A stretch of 39,770 nt of DNA from a virus (lineage: Duplodnaviria > Heunggongvirae > Uroviricota > Caudoviricetes): positions 1-39,770 of the IMG/VR virus record IMGVR_UViG_2778261456_000009. One strand, given 5' to 3'. This document shows, piece after piece, positions 9,280 through 19,805 of this stretch. Position 1 is the stretch's first letter, and each line of letters opens with the position of its first letter. The position numbers and the translations under genes were made by a program. Below the pieces are notes generated by a model. That model saw nothing but the letters and a program-made list of their open reading frames with translations. It was not told where the DNA came from and did no database searches.

Positions 9280-9909
9280 TATCCTCTCTCCATTTCTCAA
9301 TGCGCCGCTGGTTATCCGCTTTTACCGCCAGATGGTCATTCAAGAGAGCAATGTCATACAAATCGACAGAGCCATCTTTAAGTGCTGTATAGGGAATTAA
9401 CCCGGCGTCAACCGGATTGAGAAGGTAGGACAGCCCGTCCGGCAGGCTGTTAAACGTCAGCCCTGTTGCAGGCTCTGCGTCGTGCTGGTAAGGGGTGTAG
9501 GCAAAAAATTTCCCAGCGAATCGGCGACCACCCGCGCCACCAGATGAAGCATGACCAGCAAGTCAATATCATCAAACATCAGTTCGCCATGGGTAAATAC
9601 CGGCACCCATCCGTCCATATGACGCCGCGATACCACCGCAAGACAGGGATGAATAATCGCATCGGTGTCATCTTCGGTCAGGGAAGACAGTTCCTCAGCG
9701 ATACGCGGGAGCATGGTTTCAAACACCGGTTTTAACTGCTCGAATTTCACGGTGTCGATCTTGCCATCAGCAGGCAAACGGGAGCGAATGCTCCCGAAAT
9801 CTGACATCATTCCCGCCAGTACCGGCAGAAGTTTGCGGGTCACTTTCAGCTGGTCAAAAACGCTGAGTTTTGCCACGCGATATTTCACGCCTTTGATTTC
9901 GAATTCCAT
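9269..9909 (-). CDS. Tail assembly chaperone, predicted -1 frameshift-extended isoform (lambda G-T analogue)
   Basis: From slippery A-AAT-TTT-TTG near 9503-9512 the -1 frame is open for 74 codons (FAYTPYQHDAEPATGLTFNSLPDGLSYLLNPVDAGLIPYTALKDGSVDLYDIALLNDHLAVKADNQRRIEKWREDNER) to TGA at 9269-9271; hand-translated. Confidence 0.45.
9457..9909 (-). CDS. Tail assembly chaperone (zero-frame product)
   Basis: 150 aa between tail tube and tape measure genes, acidic; canonical position of chaperone. Confidence 0.6.
   Translation of the reverse strand: MEFEIKGVKYRVAKLSVFDQLKVTRKLLPVLAGMMSDFGSIRSRLPADGKIDTVKFEQLKPVFETMLPRIAEELSSLTEDDTDAIIHPCLAVVSRRHMDGWVPVFTHGELMFDDIDLLVMLHLVARVVADSLGNFLPTPLTSTTQSLQQG
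9500..9513 (-). promoter_or_regulatory. Candidate -1 ribosomal slippery site
   Basis: Coding strand GGA-AAT-TTT-TTG (plus strand GGCAAAAAATTTCC); fits X-XXY-YYZ heptamer A-AAT-TTT, about 17 codons before the zero-frame stop. Confidence 0.45.
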
Positions 9910-9912
9910 GTA

Positions 9913-10353
9913 TTAAAACTCCCCGAGAACCTGGTCAATCTTGCCGCAGTCAAACACCCACGGCATCGTATTACCGGTTTTAGCGTTGGCGTTATCCGGT
10001 TGTTTCTGGAACGCAACACTGCGTGCCGTGATGATGTCGCCGCTGACCTTGTTGCGGATCACGATAACGTTATTCCCCCATGTGGCAGAAGACTGGCTCT
10101 GTGCGTTATACGCCAGCGACAATTTTTTATTTGTCGGTGATGTCTTCAGAAGGTTAACGGTAATCGTCCCGCTTTTATCTGCATGGAGACTGTGCATCAC
10201 TTCACCATCAGCACCGATGGTCATGGTGTTTTTAGGACCGCCCATCGCAACCACAATCCCCTCTTCAGAACTTGCCGAACCGTACCCAAGGTCAATCGAA
10301 CCGGTCGGCCCGGTCAGCGTCGCAGTGACATCCATAAAAGAATAGGTAGACAT
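9913..10353 (-). CDS. Tail tube protein
   Basis: 146 aa immediately downstream of sheath gene; typical sheath-tube-chaperone-tape measure order. Confidence 0.65.
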   Translation of the reverse strand: MSTYSFMDVTATLTGPTGSIDLGYGSASSEEGIVVAMGGPKNTMTIGADGEVMHSLHADKSGTITVNLLKTSPTNKKLSLAYNAQSQSSATWGNNVIVIRNKVSGDIITARSVAFQKQPDNANAKTGNTMPWVFDCGKIDQVLGEF

Positions 10354-10363
10354 TCACTTCCCC

Positions 10364-11509
10364 TTAGCGAACAACGTTAATCTGTACGTCAGCGTAATGA
10401 ACCGCGCCTGCAAGTTTTATTGCAGCCTGAATCACCGGAGCCTTACGGGCTTCACGCTCTGATTGTGCCTGTTCATCCAGCGGCTGGGCGTATACGTAAT
10501 AACCTTTGGGCAGCGTGTCACCTGATGACAACTGGCCAAGGTCGCCACCGTTCCATACGCCCGGAGCAATCAGTCCATTCTGAACGGCCTGATCCAGTGA
10601 TTTTTCAACATTTGATAACAGTCGGGTAATACCGGCTTCAGTCTGGGGAACCTTCGTGGTGCTGGTATAAAGCAGGTTATAGAGGTTGGTCTGCACATAA
10701 TTCTGTAACCAGTCCAGGCCGTGGCGTTCATCAAAGAAATCGCCGTTAGCCATCACTCCCTGCTGGAGGATAGCTGTATCATTCTGGTAGTACACGAACA
10801 CATTGCAGTTTTTTGCATCAAGTGCCGATGCCTGACTGACTGTCAGTGTTTCATACCCGACACCCGGCTCCTGCTTAAACTTGAGCGTAATCGCGGTATT
10901 ACTGCCATTGAAATTAACCGTGAATGCCCGGCCAAATGCAGATAACGCAGCGTATTTATTACCCGATGAATACTGAATAAAACTGCGTGAATATCCGGCG
11001 GTTTTCAGTTTTGATGCCAAATCATCTCTGGATGCAGTCTGCAGGCATTTCTCATCGCTTGTCGTAATCGCCAGAATACGGCTTACAGAAGAGGATTCGA
11101 TCGCCGCAGCCACTTTCAGCCAGTCTGCATCCGGAATATCTGCATCGTCTGCAATCCCCAGCCCATACCATGAAGTATAATCAAGCATGGCATTCACAGC
11201 CTGCTCCAGCGTCTCAGGCGTGGCCTGTTCGCTGTCTCCCTTCGTTTTCACCCAACGACCAACAAAAACCTCCTGAGGTTTCGGTGATTGTGAGAAAAAC
11301 ACCTGCGCAGCTTTATATTCTGGTGATTCCACGCCAAAATCTTTTCCAATATCTTCCGCGGCAGAATAACGACGAATGCGCTCACTTACCGGAATGATTG
11401 TGGACGGGCCGAGAATGAGTAATGCACCAAAATTTCGCCCTGATGCTGCACGCGGCGACATGATCACATCAACATTAACAACGTTTGATACAGGCAAGCC
11501 CTGTGCCAT
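10364..11509 (-). CDS. Tail sheath protein
   Basis: 381 aa; position and size typical of contractile-tail sheath. Confidence 0.7.
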   Translation of the reverse strand: MAQGLPVSNVVNVDVIMSPRAASGRNFGALLILGPSTIIPVSERIRRYSAAEDIGKDFGVESPEYKAAQVFFSQSPKPQEVFVGRWVKTKGDSEQATPETLEQAVNAMLDYTSWYGLGIADDADIPDADWLKVAAAIESSSVSRILAITTSDEKCLQTASRDDLASKLKTAGYSRSFIQYSSGNKYAALSAFGRAFTVNFNGSNTAITLKFKQEPGVGYETLTVSQASALDAKNCNVFVYYQNDTAILQQGVMANGDFFDERHGLDWLQNYVQTNLYNLLYTSTTKVPQTEAGITRLLSNVEKSLDQAVQNGLIAPGVWNGGDLGQLSSGDTLPKGYYVYAQPLDEQAQSEREARKAPVIQAAIKLAGAVHYADVQINVVR

Positions 11510-11512
11510 AGC

Positions 11513-12079
11513 TTAATCTCCGAAAAAGATGACTGGTGCTTCCACCAGCGATTTAATACCGTACTCGCGCACAACCTTCCGGCGCAGGCGCACCGTCATA
11601 TCGTAGCGGCGGACCCATTGCTGATTAATAAGTTCAGGGAAGGGAGTCAGACCTGTGTAATCGCCAAGAGACAGCCCCAGCGCATTCAGTGCTACATTGT
11701 TCTGCGGCACAGATATACCGTCACGAAACCGGGACGCATACACCATCCCCGCCGGTCCATAAAACGAAGCCATACACTCAATCGTTTCATGCCGCCAGAG
11801 CTGAGAGCCATCATCGGTCTGTCTGGTGAATGCCGGACTGTCATCACCTGACCATCCGATAACCCCAAACGCACACCAGTTCGTTTCAACCGGTAGCAGT
11901 GGCGGCTGCTCTTTCTGCCAGCGCGGGCGAACCATCCCGGCAGACAGACCGGAAACGTTACGCATCCACTGGCTTAACAGCCTGTCGAGCGCTTCGTCAT
12001 AATCCGGATCGCCACTGGTTGGTATTAACCATCCGCGCTCTGTACTGGTGTTATTGCTCAACCGGAGTTCCCCCATCAA
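11513..12079 (-). CDS. Virion protein (tail completion/neck candidate)
   Basis: 188 aa between head-tail joining genes and sheath; positional. Confidence 0.45.
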   Translation of the reverse strand: MMGELRLSNNTSTERGWLIPTSGDPDYDEALDRLLSQWMRNVSGLSAGMVRPRWQKEQPPLLPVETNWCAFGVIGWSGDDSPAFTRQTDDGSQLWRHETIECMASFYGPAGMVYASRFRDGISVPQNNVALNALGLSLGDYTGLTPFPELINQQWVRRYDMTVRLRRKVVREYGIKSLVEAPVIFFGD

Positions 12080-12440
12080 ACGGCATCAACTCACAATGCG
12101 CCTGAACGAATCCGGCCCCATAAGCTGTATACGGGTCGACGAAGGTCACACGATAATCACGGCCCTGATACGTCACGATATCGGCATCACGGCCAGTCTG
12201 TCCCTGCGTCAGTCGCTCAGTCGTCACAATCAGAATTGCACCGCTGATTACCTGCCCTGCCTGCATACGGCGGTTTTCCAGAGAGCGATCAACAGTTACG
12301 ACTCCGGCAAACTGCTTTTTAACTTCACTGTCGCTGCCGATCCCGTCCTCATCCACCGTTTGCACTCGGCGTGTTACCCACAAATTGAAGTCGCAAAAAT
12401 CGGGGTCAAAAAGCACATCTGTTACATCAAGAGTCGGCAT
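12051..12440 (-). CDS. Head-tail connector candidate
   Basis: 129 aa, overlapping neighbours in operon; positional. Confidence 0.4.
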   Translation of the reverse strand: MPTLDVTDVLFDPDFCDFNLWVTRRVQTVDEDGIGSDSEVKKQFAGVVTVDRSLENRRMQAGQVISGAILIVTTERLTQGQTGRDADIVTYQGRDYRVTFVDPYTAYGAGFVQAHCELMPFDGGTPVEQ

Positions 12441-12981
12441 CTTTATCCCTCACAACATGGGTAATCGCTCTGCGATATTGCCCGGTGTCAATTAATGGTT
12501 TCGCCAGTTCGGTTCCCGGGGATTCGCCAGCAGCACGCCGGGCAAGTTCCAGTGTTGCCCCCTTGCGCCCCCGACGAGCCCGGGCTTCAACAGTACTGTC
12601 AGCAAGCGGCGTAAAGCCGGTAATAGTCATGTAACGCCTGACGCCATTAGCGGCCAGCGTTCCGGCACGGTTGAGTGCGCGTTCTGCTCCCGCAGCATTA
12701 CCATCAAGAGCAGCCTGCGCCGCGGCTTTGAGCTGCGGCACCGTCTGCTCTTCTGCCGATTTAACGCCGGGGACCAGGTGAGGTCGTGGCGGGATGTTCT
12801 GCTCTGGTGAGCCGTATTCGTTGAGGTAACCGATGCCCGCATTACCAAACGGAACATCATCCCGCTCGCTGTCTTCCGAAGGGATGCCGACCAGCACATC
12901 TTTTTTGGTTAACGACCTGAGCGCATCCAGAATGGCCTTAGCGTTATCCACCCTCGTTGTTACACCGCTTTTGAAACTCAT
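12427..12981 (-). CDS. Head-tail joining protein candidate
   Basis: 184 aa; positional. Confidence 0.45.
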   Translation of the reverse strand: MSFKSGVTTRVDNAKAILDALRSLTKKDVLVGIPSEDSERDDVPFGNAGIGYLNEYGSPEQNIPPRPHLVPGVKSAEEQTVPQLKAAAQAALDGNAAGAERALNRAGTLAANGVRRYMTITGFTPLADSTVEARARRGRKGATLELARRAAGESPGTELAKPLIDTGQYRRAITHVVRDKDADS

Positions 12982-13385
12982 AGCTGGCGACCGCCTGCAC
13001 CGAACATCGTGATCAACTGATAAAATTCAGCGCCATATCGGGTGTTATTCCAGAAACCTGCATCAGGATTCAGCGTCGCACTGGTGTCATAGCTGACGCT
13101 TACCTTATCCACGGACTTTGAGGACTGAACGCCATTGGTTGAACCGCCAGAACCACCAGCCAGCATCGCCCGGCTGTCTGCCGCCCAGAGCGACATGTAG
13201 TGCGCAACGAACAACCCGGCAAAGTACGGAAACAACTTTTTGCCGGTGACGTTTTCGCTCAGCAGTTCATCGGCCAGATTCAGACGAAACTGGATTTGCG
13301 CTTCGGGATATTTGGCAGGGTCAGCAAACTGCGGGAAGTCGCGGCGAAAATCACTTACCGCTGGCAGACTTTGATTCTTTGGCAT
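12978..13385 (-). CDS. Head completion protein candidate
   Basis: 135 aa; ATGA overlap with downstream gene. Confidence 0.4.
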   Translation of the reverse strand: MPKNQSLPAVSDFRRDFPQFADPAKYPEAQIQFRLNLADELLSENVTGKKLFPYFAGLFVAHYMSLWAADSRAMLAGGSGGSTNGVQSSKSVDKVSVSYDTSATLNPDAGFWNNTRYGAEFYQLITMFGAGGRQL

Positions 13386-13572
13386 TTTTTACCTCGTTAC
13401 ACGCGTCTGTGGCTTTGCCAACGGATACTTCCGCGTGCGCACGAGTGAACCAGTGCGTGGCAACGTCTTCCTCCACAGCATGACGGCCTTTAACAAACTC
13501 GCGCCGAGAACCGTCGGGAAGCGTGAGCACAAACGGGGTATGTACGTGTATTACTGCATCATTTTTTGCCAT
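13351..13572 (-). CDS. Small phage structural-module protein
   Basis: 73 aa; ATG with AAGGA RBS. Confidence 0.4.
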   Translation of the reverse strand: MAKNDAVIHVHTPFVLTLPDGSRREFVKGRHAVEEDVATHWFTRAHAEVSVGKATDACNEVKNAKESKSASGK

Positions 13573-13585
13573 CGGGTCATCCTTA

Positions 13586-13607
13586 ATGGCCCCGCCAGGG
13601 GGGCCAT
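13586..13607 (-). other. GC-rich stem-loop in 3' UTR of major capsid gene
   Basis: ATGGCCCC-GCCAGG-GGGGCCAT, 8-bp stem; 8 nt downstream of capsid stop; no U-run. Confidence 0.4.
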
Positions 13608-13614
13608 GTGGCTG

Positions 13615-14556
13615 TTAAATGCCATCAACGTACGAAATGGTTTCTTTGTACACTGGCTCGACTGCACCCAGCTTGCCGTAGTAAGTGACGATCTGATACA
13701 GACCGCGATACTGCACCGGCACGCTCTGAAGCGGAACCAGCGGGTAGCGGACGTATTTTTTATCGTTGGTGTACGCAACCATGCGATCCTTTTTCCCCAC
13801 ACCACGGCCTTTCAGCCATTTAACCGCGCGGATATTCAGCGGAACACCGTTCTGGTGATAGCTGATGGTGTTGGTCTGAAGATACGTCAACAGGGACTGG
13901 TTACCCGCAGATGAAACGATGATGCTGGACAACAGAGCAAACTGCTCAGGCGGGATCAGCAAATCACGCGGAACCACAGAGTAACCGGAAGCGGCCCACG
14001 CATCAGACAGTACCTGGTTAATGCTTGCGCGGATTTCGTCCGGTGTTGAGGTTGCCCACGTTTTGGCAGCGTTGTTGACAGGCACGCCGTCCAGGGTAAC
14101 AAGGCCTTTCAGGTTTAATGCGGAATCGCCAACATATACCTGTTCATCGTTATCCATCTGCCATTTCAGTTGCATACCGTCATACTTCTGCGTATCAATC
14201 GGGCGGCCGACCTGCTGAGCAGCCTGCAATTCTATGACCGTCCAGCCAAGTTCCATCCCCCACAGGTTCAGCGGGTTACCAGATTTGCCGATATCCACGT
14301 TCACGCCAGCAATAGCGGTTGAGTCTTTGCCTACCCAGTTTTTGCCATTCGGATTTGCACCAGTACCCGCAGCGGCGAAGCTGGTATTCGTCCAGCTGGA
14401 AATGTCATCTGCGATGGAGACATCTTCACGCAGTTGGATATCGCGGGTCCAGGTGTACCCCACCAGTGGCAGGTTCAGCGTCTGGTCGAGTCGCTCCAGC
14501 TCCCCGATGAGAAAGGCACCAGAGCTGTCAACGGTTGCCTGATCAAAAGTAATCAT
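13615..14556 (-). CDS. Major capsid protein
   Basis: 313 aa; position after decoration/scaffold genes; followed by stem-loop. Confidence 0.7.
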   Translation of the reverse strand: MITFDQATVDSSGAFLIGELERLDQTLNLPLVGYTWTRDIQLREDVSIADDISSWTNTSFAAAGTGANPNGKNWVGKDSTAIAGVNVDIGKSGNPLNLWGMELGWTVIELQAAQQVGRPIDTQKYDGMQLKWQMDNDEQVYVGDSALNLKGLVTLDGVPVNNAAKTWATSTPDEIRASINQVLSDAWAASGYSVVPRDLLIPPEQFALLSSIIVSSAGNQSLLTYLQTNTISYHQNGVPLNIRAVKWLKGRGVGKKDRMVAYTNDKKYVRYPLVPLQSVPVQYRGLYQIVTYYGKLGAVEPVYKETISYVDGI

Positions 14557-14567
14557 TCGTCTGTTCC

Positions 14568-15074
14568 TTAAATCTTCCAGGAAATTTCTGCATTGCCGTT
14601 AGCATCACCGGCACCTGTGAATTCAGCGTTGGTCAGCACCACGTTTTTGCCACTGACTGACGTGGCCATGAATCCACCCAGCGGCACTTTGATGGATTCA
14701 TCAGTGGAGACGACAACGTATACCGGGTCGCCTTTTTTGATGGTGCTGGCATCAAAATCAGAACCGAGATTAACGGTCACGTAGCCACGCTTCATTGCGT
14801 CGCCCGGGAAGTTCTTGCCTGTTCCCACCTGGCGAACCATGTCCGGCTGCGACGTGGTCGGATAAGGGCGCACGTAGATCCCCTTCACCTTGTCTGCGGT
14901 ATCACCATCTGCCAGCGGCACGAAAAAACCGTCATCATCGTATTTACCAGCCAGGCCATAGGCAGCGAAGGCGTTATCGGATTTAAGGACCACCGGTTCG
15001 ACGGTTAAGTCCTGCGGGCGAGAGACAGCCCCGGCAATGCCAACAGGCATCCGGTACAGAAATACATTATTCAT
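14568..15074 (-). CDS. Head decoration / structural protein
   Basis: 168 aa immediately upstream of capsid gene. Confidence 0.45.
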   Translation of the reverse strand: MNNVFLYRMPVGIAGAVSRPQDLTVEPVVLKSDNAFAAYGLAGKYDDDGFFVPLADGDTADKVKGIYVRPYPTTSQPDMVRQVGTGKNFPGDAMKRGYVTVNLGSDFDASTIKKGDPVYVVVSTDESIKVPLGGFMATSVSGKNVVLTNAEFTGAGDANGNAEISWKI

Positions 15075-15077
15075 TTT

Positions 15078-16298
15078 TTACCCTTTACGGTTTGCCCAGA
15101 ATTCAGCGTTTTGTTTGTTCAGGGAAGCGATACTGGTCATGCCCATGTTTAGGCGCTGTGCATCGCCGGTGGTGGCGCGGGTGTTTCGCCCTTTGGCAAT
15201 CTCAGACACGGCATTAAACGCCATGTCGACCGATTGTTTCGGCAATTTGCGGATATCCGCATCACCGACTATCTGGCGAACCAGCGTTTTGTCAGCAGAA
15301 GCCAGAACCTCACGTTTGAACGCGGTCGGTTTCATCTTACGGCTCAGATCAATACCCGGAACGATAACTTCGGCACGCCAGGCTGAGTCACCAGTAATCG
15401 TGGTTTCCTCTTCATCGTCCTCGCCGTCACCGGTCGGATTATCGTCAGGCTTATTGTCGTTATCGCCCGTCGCATTTCCTTCCAGCTTAGCCAGCAGGGC
15501 TTTCAGTAATGTTTTGAGGTCATCATCACTGTCGCCCGTTGGACCTCCGCCCATCTCTGGTGCTTTGTCCGGTAGCGGTTGCTGCGGGGACAGGTTGATG
15601 TTGAGATTAACGCCCTGCGGCAAATCCCCCTCATCTCCTGTAACCGATGCGGGAGCCGACTCCACCAGTTCGTTCATGGTGTCAGCGTCACCCGTTTTGA
15701 TGGCCGTGCGCATGCGGGTCCACCAGCTTTTCTTTTGATTTGCCATTGTGTCTCTGTCTCCAATTGCACAACGATTTCCGGCTCTGCCTTTAGGGACAAG
15801 AGCCACATGGTTACCTGTAATTTCTACCTGTTCGGCTTTACCTGGCTCGGTCTGTTCGTACTCCGCGTCGTAACCACACGACACCTGTCGGAGGCCGTCT
15901 TCGACCATCTGAATGGCGTATTCGTCTTTGATAATGATGTCGGCAATCATCAGATCGGACTGATCACCAGTCCCGCGACGAACATTCTGCAGGTGGCCCA
16001 CCGCAAGCTCTTTCCAGTTAGCAGGGTTGACCAGCTGCACATTGCCGTTTTCGTCCTCCGGGTGGAGAACGGTGATACTCATGCCCTCGAAAGACGCCAG
16101 CGTTGCCGGGTCGAAGACATGCTCTGGCGAGCGACTGACAACAATCTCGCCAAAGGCATCAGGAATAAGGTTGGGTAGGTCGGCTGCGCCGTAGAGTTGC
16201 TTTCCGGTTCGCGCTACGGGCACGTCTTTGCAAAGCAATGAGCCATCCGCCAGGCGGTATCGGGTTTCCCCGAGCCTGGTCTCAAAAAAGTATTTCAT
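15078..16298 (-). CDS. Prohead protease / scaffold-like protein
   Basis: 406 aa; globular N-terminal half, highly acidic low-complexity C-terminal half typical of scaffold domains. Confidence 0.5.
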   Translation of the reverse strand: MKYFFETRLGETRYRLADGSLLCKDVPVARTGKQLYGAADLPNLIPDAFGEIVVSRSPEHVFDPATLASFEGMSITVLHPEDENGNVQLVNPANWKELAVGHLQNVRRGTGDQSDLMIADIIIKDEYAIQMVEDGLRQVSCGYDAEYEQTEPGKAEQVEITGNHVALVPKGRAGNRCAIGDRDTMANQKKSWWTRMRTAIKTGDADTMNELVESAPASVTGDEGDLPQGVNLNINLSPQQPLPDKAPEMGGGPTGDSDDDLKTLLKALLAKLEGNATGDNDNKPDDNPTGDGEDDEEETTITGDSAWRAEVIVPGIDLSRKMKPTAFKREVLASADKTLVRQIVGDADIRKLPKQSVDMAFNAVSEIAKGRNTRATTGDAQRLNMGMTSIASLNKQNAEFWANRKG

Positions 16299-16301
16299 GG
16301 G

Positions 16302-17045
16302 TTATGCTGCCCTTTTCATTGCGAATGGAACGCGAGCAAACACGATCTCTTTATAGCAGCGGCAGTTTGGCAGCTCGCCCGCGTGGCCGGTCATGCCGTC
16401 CAAAGTTGGAGGTGAATCCCAGCGGACGAATTTACCTTTCATGTGATCGTGGGAATCTCGGACATCGCCATCATCGGCTGTACGCCAAATATAACCATCC
16501 GAGCCAATAGCTATCGCTCGGGTCATATCCAGCGCGCCCGTTGCTCTTCCCAGTTCCGTTCGGGCAATCAGATCGGCCCTGGACTTAGCAACATCGCCGG
16601 TAGATGCAATCTCTTTAGCAAAGTGCTCCGCCCGACCACCGGTGACAACAGCCTCTATCGCTTTGTTCTGGATGTCGTACACCCTGTCTGCGGCCTCGAG
16701 AGGCAGAGATTTGATGTATTTCACCTGCTCCGCGATGATGGACTGCATCACCTGACCAACCGGGGCGCTTTCCACCAGATTGCGGAGCTCGCGACTGATG
16801 CTCTTGCTATGTTGCCGCCACACTTTGTCGTTCTGCCGGGTTAGATCCGCAGTAAAGTTTTCCGCGACCTTTGTCGCCCAGGGGGTTATGATTTCACTGT
16901 AGCGCTCCAGCGCCGCAATAATTTCCGTGATACTGTCATTTGAACCATCGTAGCGACCATTTACGATGTCCCCGACCGCCCGCGCTATCCTGCGTAGACT
17001 GGTTCGATACCGGATTTCCGCCTGACGGTTCCTGCGGTTCGTCAT
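16302..17045 (-). CDS. Head morphogenesis protein (SPP1 gp7 / Mu F-like)
   Basis: C-terminal region (DVRDSHDHMKGKFVRWDSPP...NCRCY) resembles gp7-family motif; start set at first internal ATG; still overlaps portal 3' end. Confidence 0.6.
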   Translation of the reverse strand: MTNRRNRQAEIRYRTSLRRIARAVGDIVNGRYDGSNDSITEIIAALERYSEIITPWATKVAENFTADLTRQNDKVWRQHSKSISRELRNLVESAPVGQVMQSIIAEQVKYIKSLPLEAADRVYDIQNKAIEAVVTGGRAEHFAKEIASTGDVAKSRADLIARTELGRATGALDMTRAIAIGSDGYIWRTADDGDVRDSHDHMKGKFVRWDSPPTLDGMTGHAGELPNCRCYKEIVFARVPFAMKRAA

Positions 17046-18402
17046 CAGGTTCGCCGATGCCGGGCGGCGCTTCGTCTTCGGCATTCTCTATGTCCTCGTC
17101 GGTAATGGATGCCCCGATGCCGGTTACGTCAGAATTTTCGCGCAAATCAGTCATAGCGGCTTTCAGTGTCATCAGACCATCACCCAGCGCTGTACTGATT
17201 GCGTTGGTGGTATTTAACGCCACCGTTGAACGATCGACATCAGACATTTGCCAGAGCGGGTTAAACTCAAACGTGAAATCATCCGGGAGCGGCTTGCCAA
17301 GTTCCGAACGATGCATGATGTCCAGTATCCGCCGCACCGGAAGACGTAAACGCCTCTCCTGCAACGAGCTTACCCGGTCGTAATAGTTGGCAAGGTCTGC
17401 ATCGCCGGTAGAAAATCCCTTCGGGGACTGTCCGAACAACCGCACCAGTGGGATACCAACAGCGCCACTAATCTGTTCTGCAAACTGTGAAAGGATGTCA
17501 TCCAGACCACTGAAGCTGTACTGATGGGTTTCAAACTTATCCCGCGAGTCCATGAGCGTCATGCCTTCATTGCTCTGGAACTGTCGAATCAGGTCAATAT
17601 TCTTCAGCAACGCTTCATACGCAGGACCACCAAGTGCGATAAGCTCGCGTAGCTTCTCCACGCTGTAGGTGCGCAGATGCGCTTTGTAGACCAGCTGCGC
17701 CGCGCCGACAGTAGCGCTGTCGAACGCGGTAAGACGATCCCAGATACGCTCCACAACCGACATTCCCCATTCGTTCTCGGTCATCTTCTGCTGAAATGGC
17801 AGCGTGACGCCATCAAAGCGAATCAGTCGACTGTGATGAATGCGCCAGGCAGGAATTCCCGTTGCGGTGGTCACCACATCGTAAAACTCAGGTTTACCCA
17901 GGTCCGGCCCCATATCTTTAATGCGGCGGGTCAGTACCGGGTCAATCATCCAGCGGTCGAGCGGGAGAATCCCCTTAAACTTGCCCTTACCGATGGTTTC
18001 GGGTCGCAGCGGGGTCATTGGTGCCTGCCCCTCAATCATGATGAAACCCACCGCGCCGCCGTAGAGGCGCGACCATTTCAGCACGTCATTCAGCGCATCC
18101 CAGATTTGCAACTCATCCAGTTGTGATTCGAGAATGCCACGATCTTTTGCATCAATTTCCGAAGTGATGCGAATGCCTTTGCGGGTCATATCATCCGGGA
18201 TAGCATCGACCGCTTCGCCGATGATCCAAGATGAACGATAGGACCATTCCACCAGCATGCGGTTACGACTGGTGAAATTAGCCCGGTAGGTGGATGCTGA
18301 GTGCTGGTTAGGTGCCTGCATCCCTACGCGGGCAATAAAATTCTCATAACCATCAGCTGTGGCCTGCGCAGTTCGCCGCAGGGCTTGTTTGTTTCGTGCC
18401 AT
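16936..18402 (-). CDS. Portal protein
   Basis: 488 aa, immediately downstream of terminase large subunit with TGATG overlap; acidic C-terminus. Confidence 0.75.
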   Translation of the reverse strand: MARNKQALRRTAQATADGYENFIARVGMQAPNQHSASTYRANFTSRNRMLVEWSYRSSWIIGEAVDAIPDDMTRKGIRITSEIDAKDRGILESQLDELQIWDALNDVLKWSRLYGGAVGFIMIEGQAPMTPLRPETIGKGKFKGILPLDRWMIDPVLTRRIKDMGPDLGKPEFYDVVTTATGIPAWRIHHSRLIRFDGVTLPFQQKMTENEWGMSVVERIWDRLTAFDSATVGAAQLVYKAHLRTYSVEKLRELIALGGPAYEALLKNIDLIRQFQSNEGMTLMDSRDKFETHQYSFSGLDDILSQFAEQISGAVGIPLVRLFGQSPKGFSTGDADLANYYDRVSSLQERRLRLPVRRILDIMHRSELGKPLPDDFTFEFNPLWQMSDVDRSTVALNTTNAISTALGDGLMTLKAAMTDLRENSDVTGIGASITDEDIENAEDEAPPGIGEPDDEPQEPSGGNPVSNQSTQDSAGGRGHRKWSLRWFK

Positions 18403-19805
18403 CAGGCCTGTCTCCCCAGCTGTTCCCAGATATCCAGCGATGTATCAATTGGCGCGAAGGCCATAATGAATGCGTCAGCAACGTTTGGTGACGGTATCTC
18501 GCGTTTTGCGAGGTCTTTTTTACTTTCGACCATCACACGTCCGTTACGGTCAAAATCGCGATGAGGTGTTGTCAGTTCCAGTTTCAGCTTTTCAAGCAAC
18601 GGACAACGAGAATCTATGCTGATCAGCTCATCCACAGGATACTGTTCTCCGTTGTTAATGGCGTTAAACGTATTTCTGAAACGGTCAGCCACCAGCCACC
18701 ATGCCTGAGCCTTAAGATTTGCGAAAAAGTCTTTGTTGGGGATGCCGTTGTATTCGTCATCTGGTTCATGCACACCAGCACCAGCGTTAAACCTCTGGTA
18801 ATTCACACGTCGCGCGTATGCATTCTCGCTCTTCCGGTCAGCGTTAATTTCAGAGAATTTAGCACCGGCAGACGCACCAACACCGATAGAGTCGTAAACA
18901 ATATCTGCTTCACGCTCCAGCGCCGCCTGATAAGTACGCTGGCAGCTCTTCAGTAATTCATCTTCTTTGGCCTTCCATTCGTCGGCCCAGAAAACAACGG
19001 ATCCGTGACGGTAAACGTTAGCGCACTTATCTGTACCACTGTCAGCCACGTCAAAGCCAATACGCTTTCTTCCACTGGGTTCGAAATTTAACGTTTTGTG
19101 CGCATCCACTGCGGCTTCTATCCAGGACAGTTTGATGATTGCCGCATCATCATCAGACTCCGGAACGCCCTCATACACATGTTTAAAACCATCCGGATCA
19201 CGGCGTCGCGCCGCGTCGATAACCTTAAGCATGGTGTCAGACAGAAACGGATTTTCGTCATAGTTAATTTTGCGGATGAGAGTGCCTTCGGGCGGATCAA
19301 CAACGAAGTTGCGCCAGACGAAATCAGTAACAAGTCCGGGGTTGAATATGAACCAGCATTCCGAACCCTCTTTACGGATCGTTGGCTCCAGAATTTTCCA
19401 CTGGTATTCCGTCAGTGCGTGGGCTTCTTCCAGCCACAACACATCGATCCCCTCCAGTGATTTAATTTCTTCGATGTTGCGCCATAATCCATAAAAAACA
19501 AATTCCGAGCCAGTAACCCGGTTAATGATTTTGTTGTTCAGAATCCGGAAACGGTGCCGCAGGCCAAACCTGTCTATCTGAATTTTGAGCAGGGTATAAA
19601 CCGACTCTTCGATTTTATTCTGGATCTGACGGGCACAACAAAAACGCAGGGTGTATTTATTCGACAGAAATATGGCAATGCCAGCGGCATCCCATGATTT
19701 TGACGATGACCGGCCACCATAAAGCACTTTGTTACGTGCCCGCGTAGTCCAGAAACTACGTAAAGCCGGATTAAGCGTCGCTTTGGATGTCAGAGTAGAA
19801 GTCAT
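18402..19805 (-). CDS. Terminase large subunit
   Basis: ATPase and nuclease regions recognisable by eye; track start (19913) is TTG and overlaps terS by 143 nt, so start moved to internal ATG (19805 or 19823). Confidence 0.85.
   Translation of the reverse strand: MTSTLTSKATLNPALRSFWTTRARNKVLYGGRSSSKSWDAAGIAIFLSNKYTLRFCCARQIQNKIEESVYTLLKIQIDRFGLRHRFRILNNKIINRVTGSEFVFYGLWRNIEEIKSLEGIDVLWLEEAHALTEYQWKILEPTIRKEGSECWFIFNPGLVTDFVWRNFVVDPPEGTLIRKINYDENPFLSDTMLKVIDAARRRDPDGFKHVYEGVPESDDDAAIIKLSWIEAAVDAHKTLNFEPSGRKRIGFDVADSGTDKCANVYRHGSVVFWADEWKAKEDELLKSCQRTYQAALEREADIVYDSIGVGASAGAKFSEINADRKSENAYARRVNYQRFNAGAGVHEPDDEYNGIPNKDFFANLKAQAWWLVADRFRNTFNAINNGEQYPVDELISIDSRCPLLEKLKLELTTPHRDFDRNGRVMVESKKDLAKREIPSPNVADAFIMAFAPIDTSLDIWEQLGRQA

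Noticed and set aside
15037-16178. Long plus-strand ORFs (15037-15738 and 15579-16178) antisense to the scaffold/protease gene
   Set aside because: Low-complexity Ser/Pro/Arg-rich translations lying entirely opposite a well-supported minus-strand gene; typical shadow ORFs.
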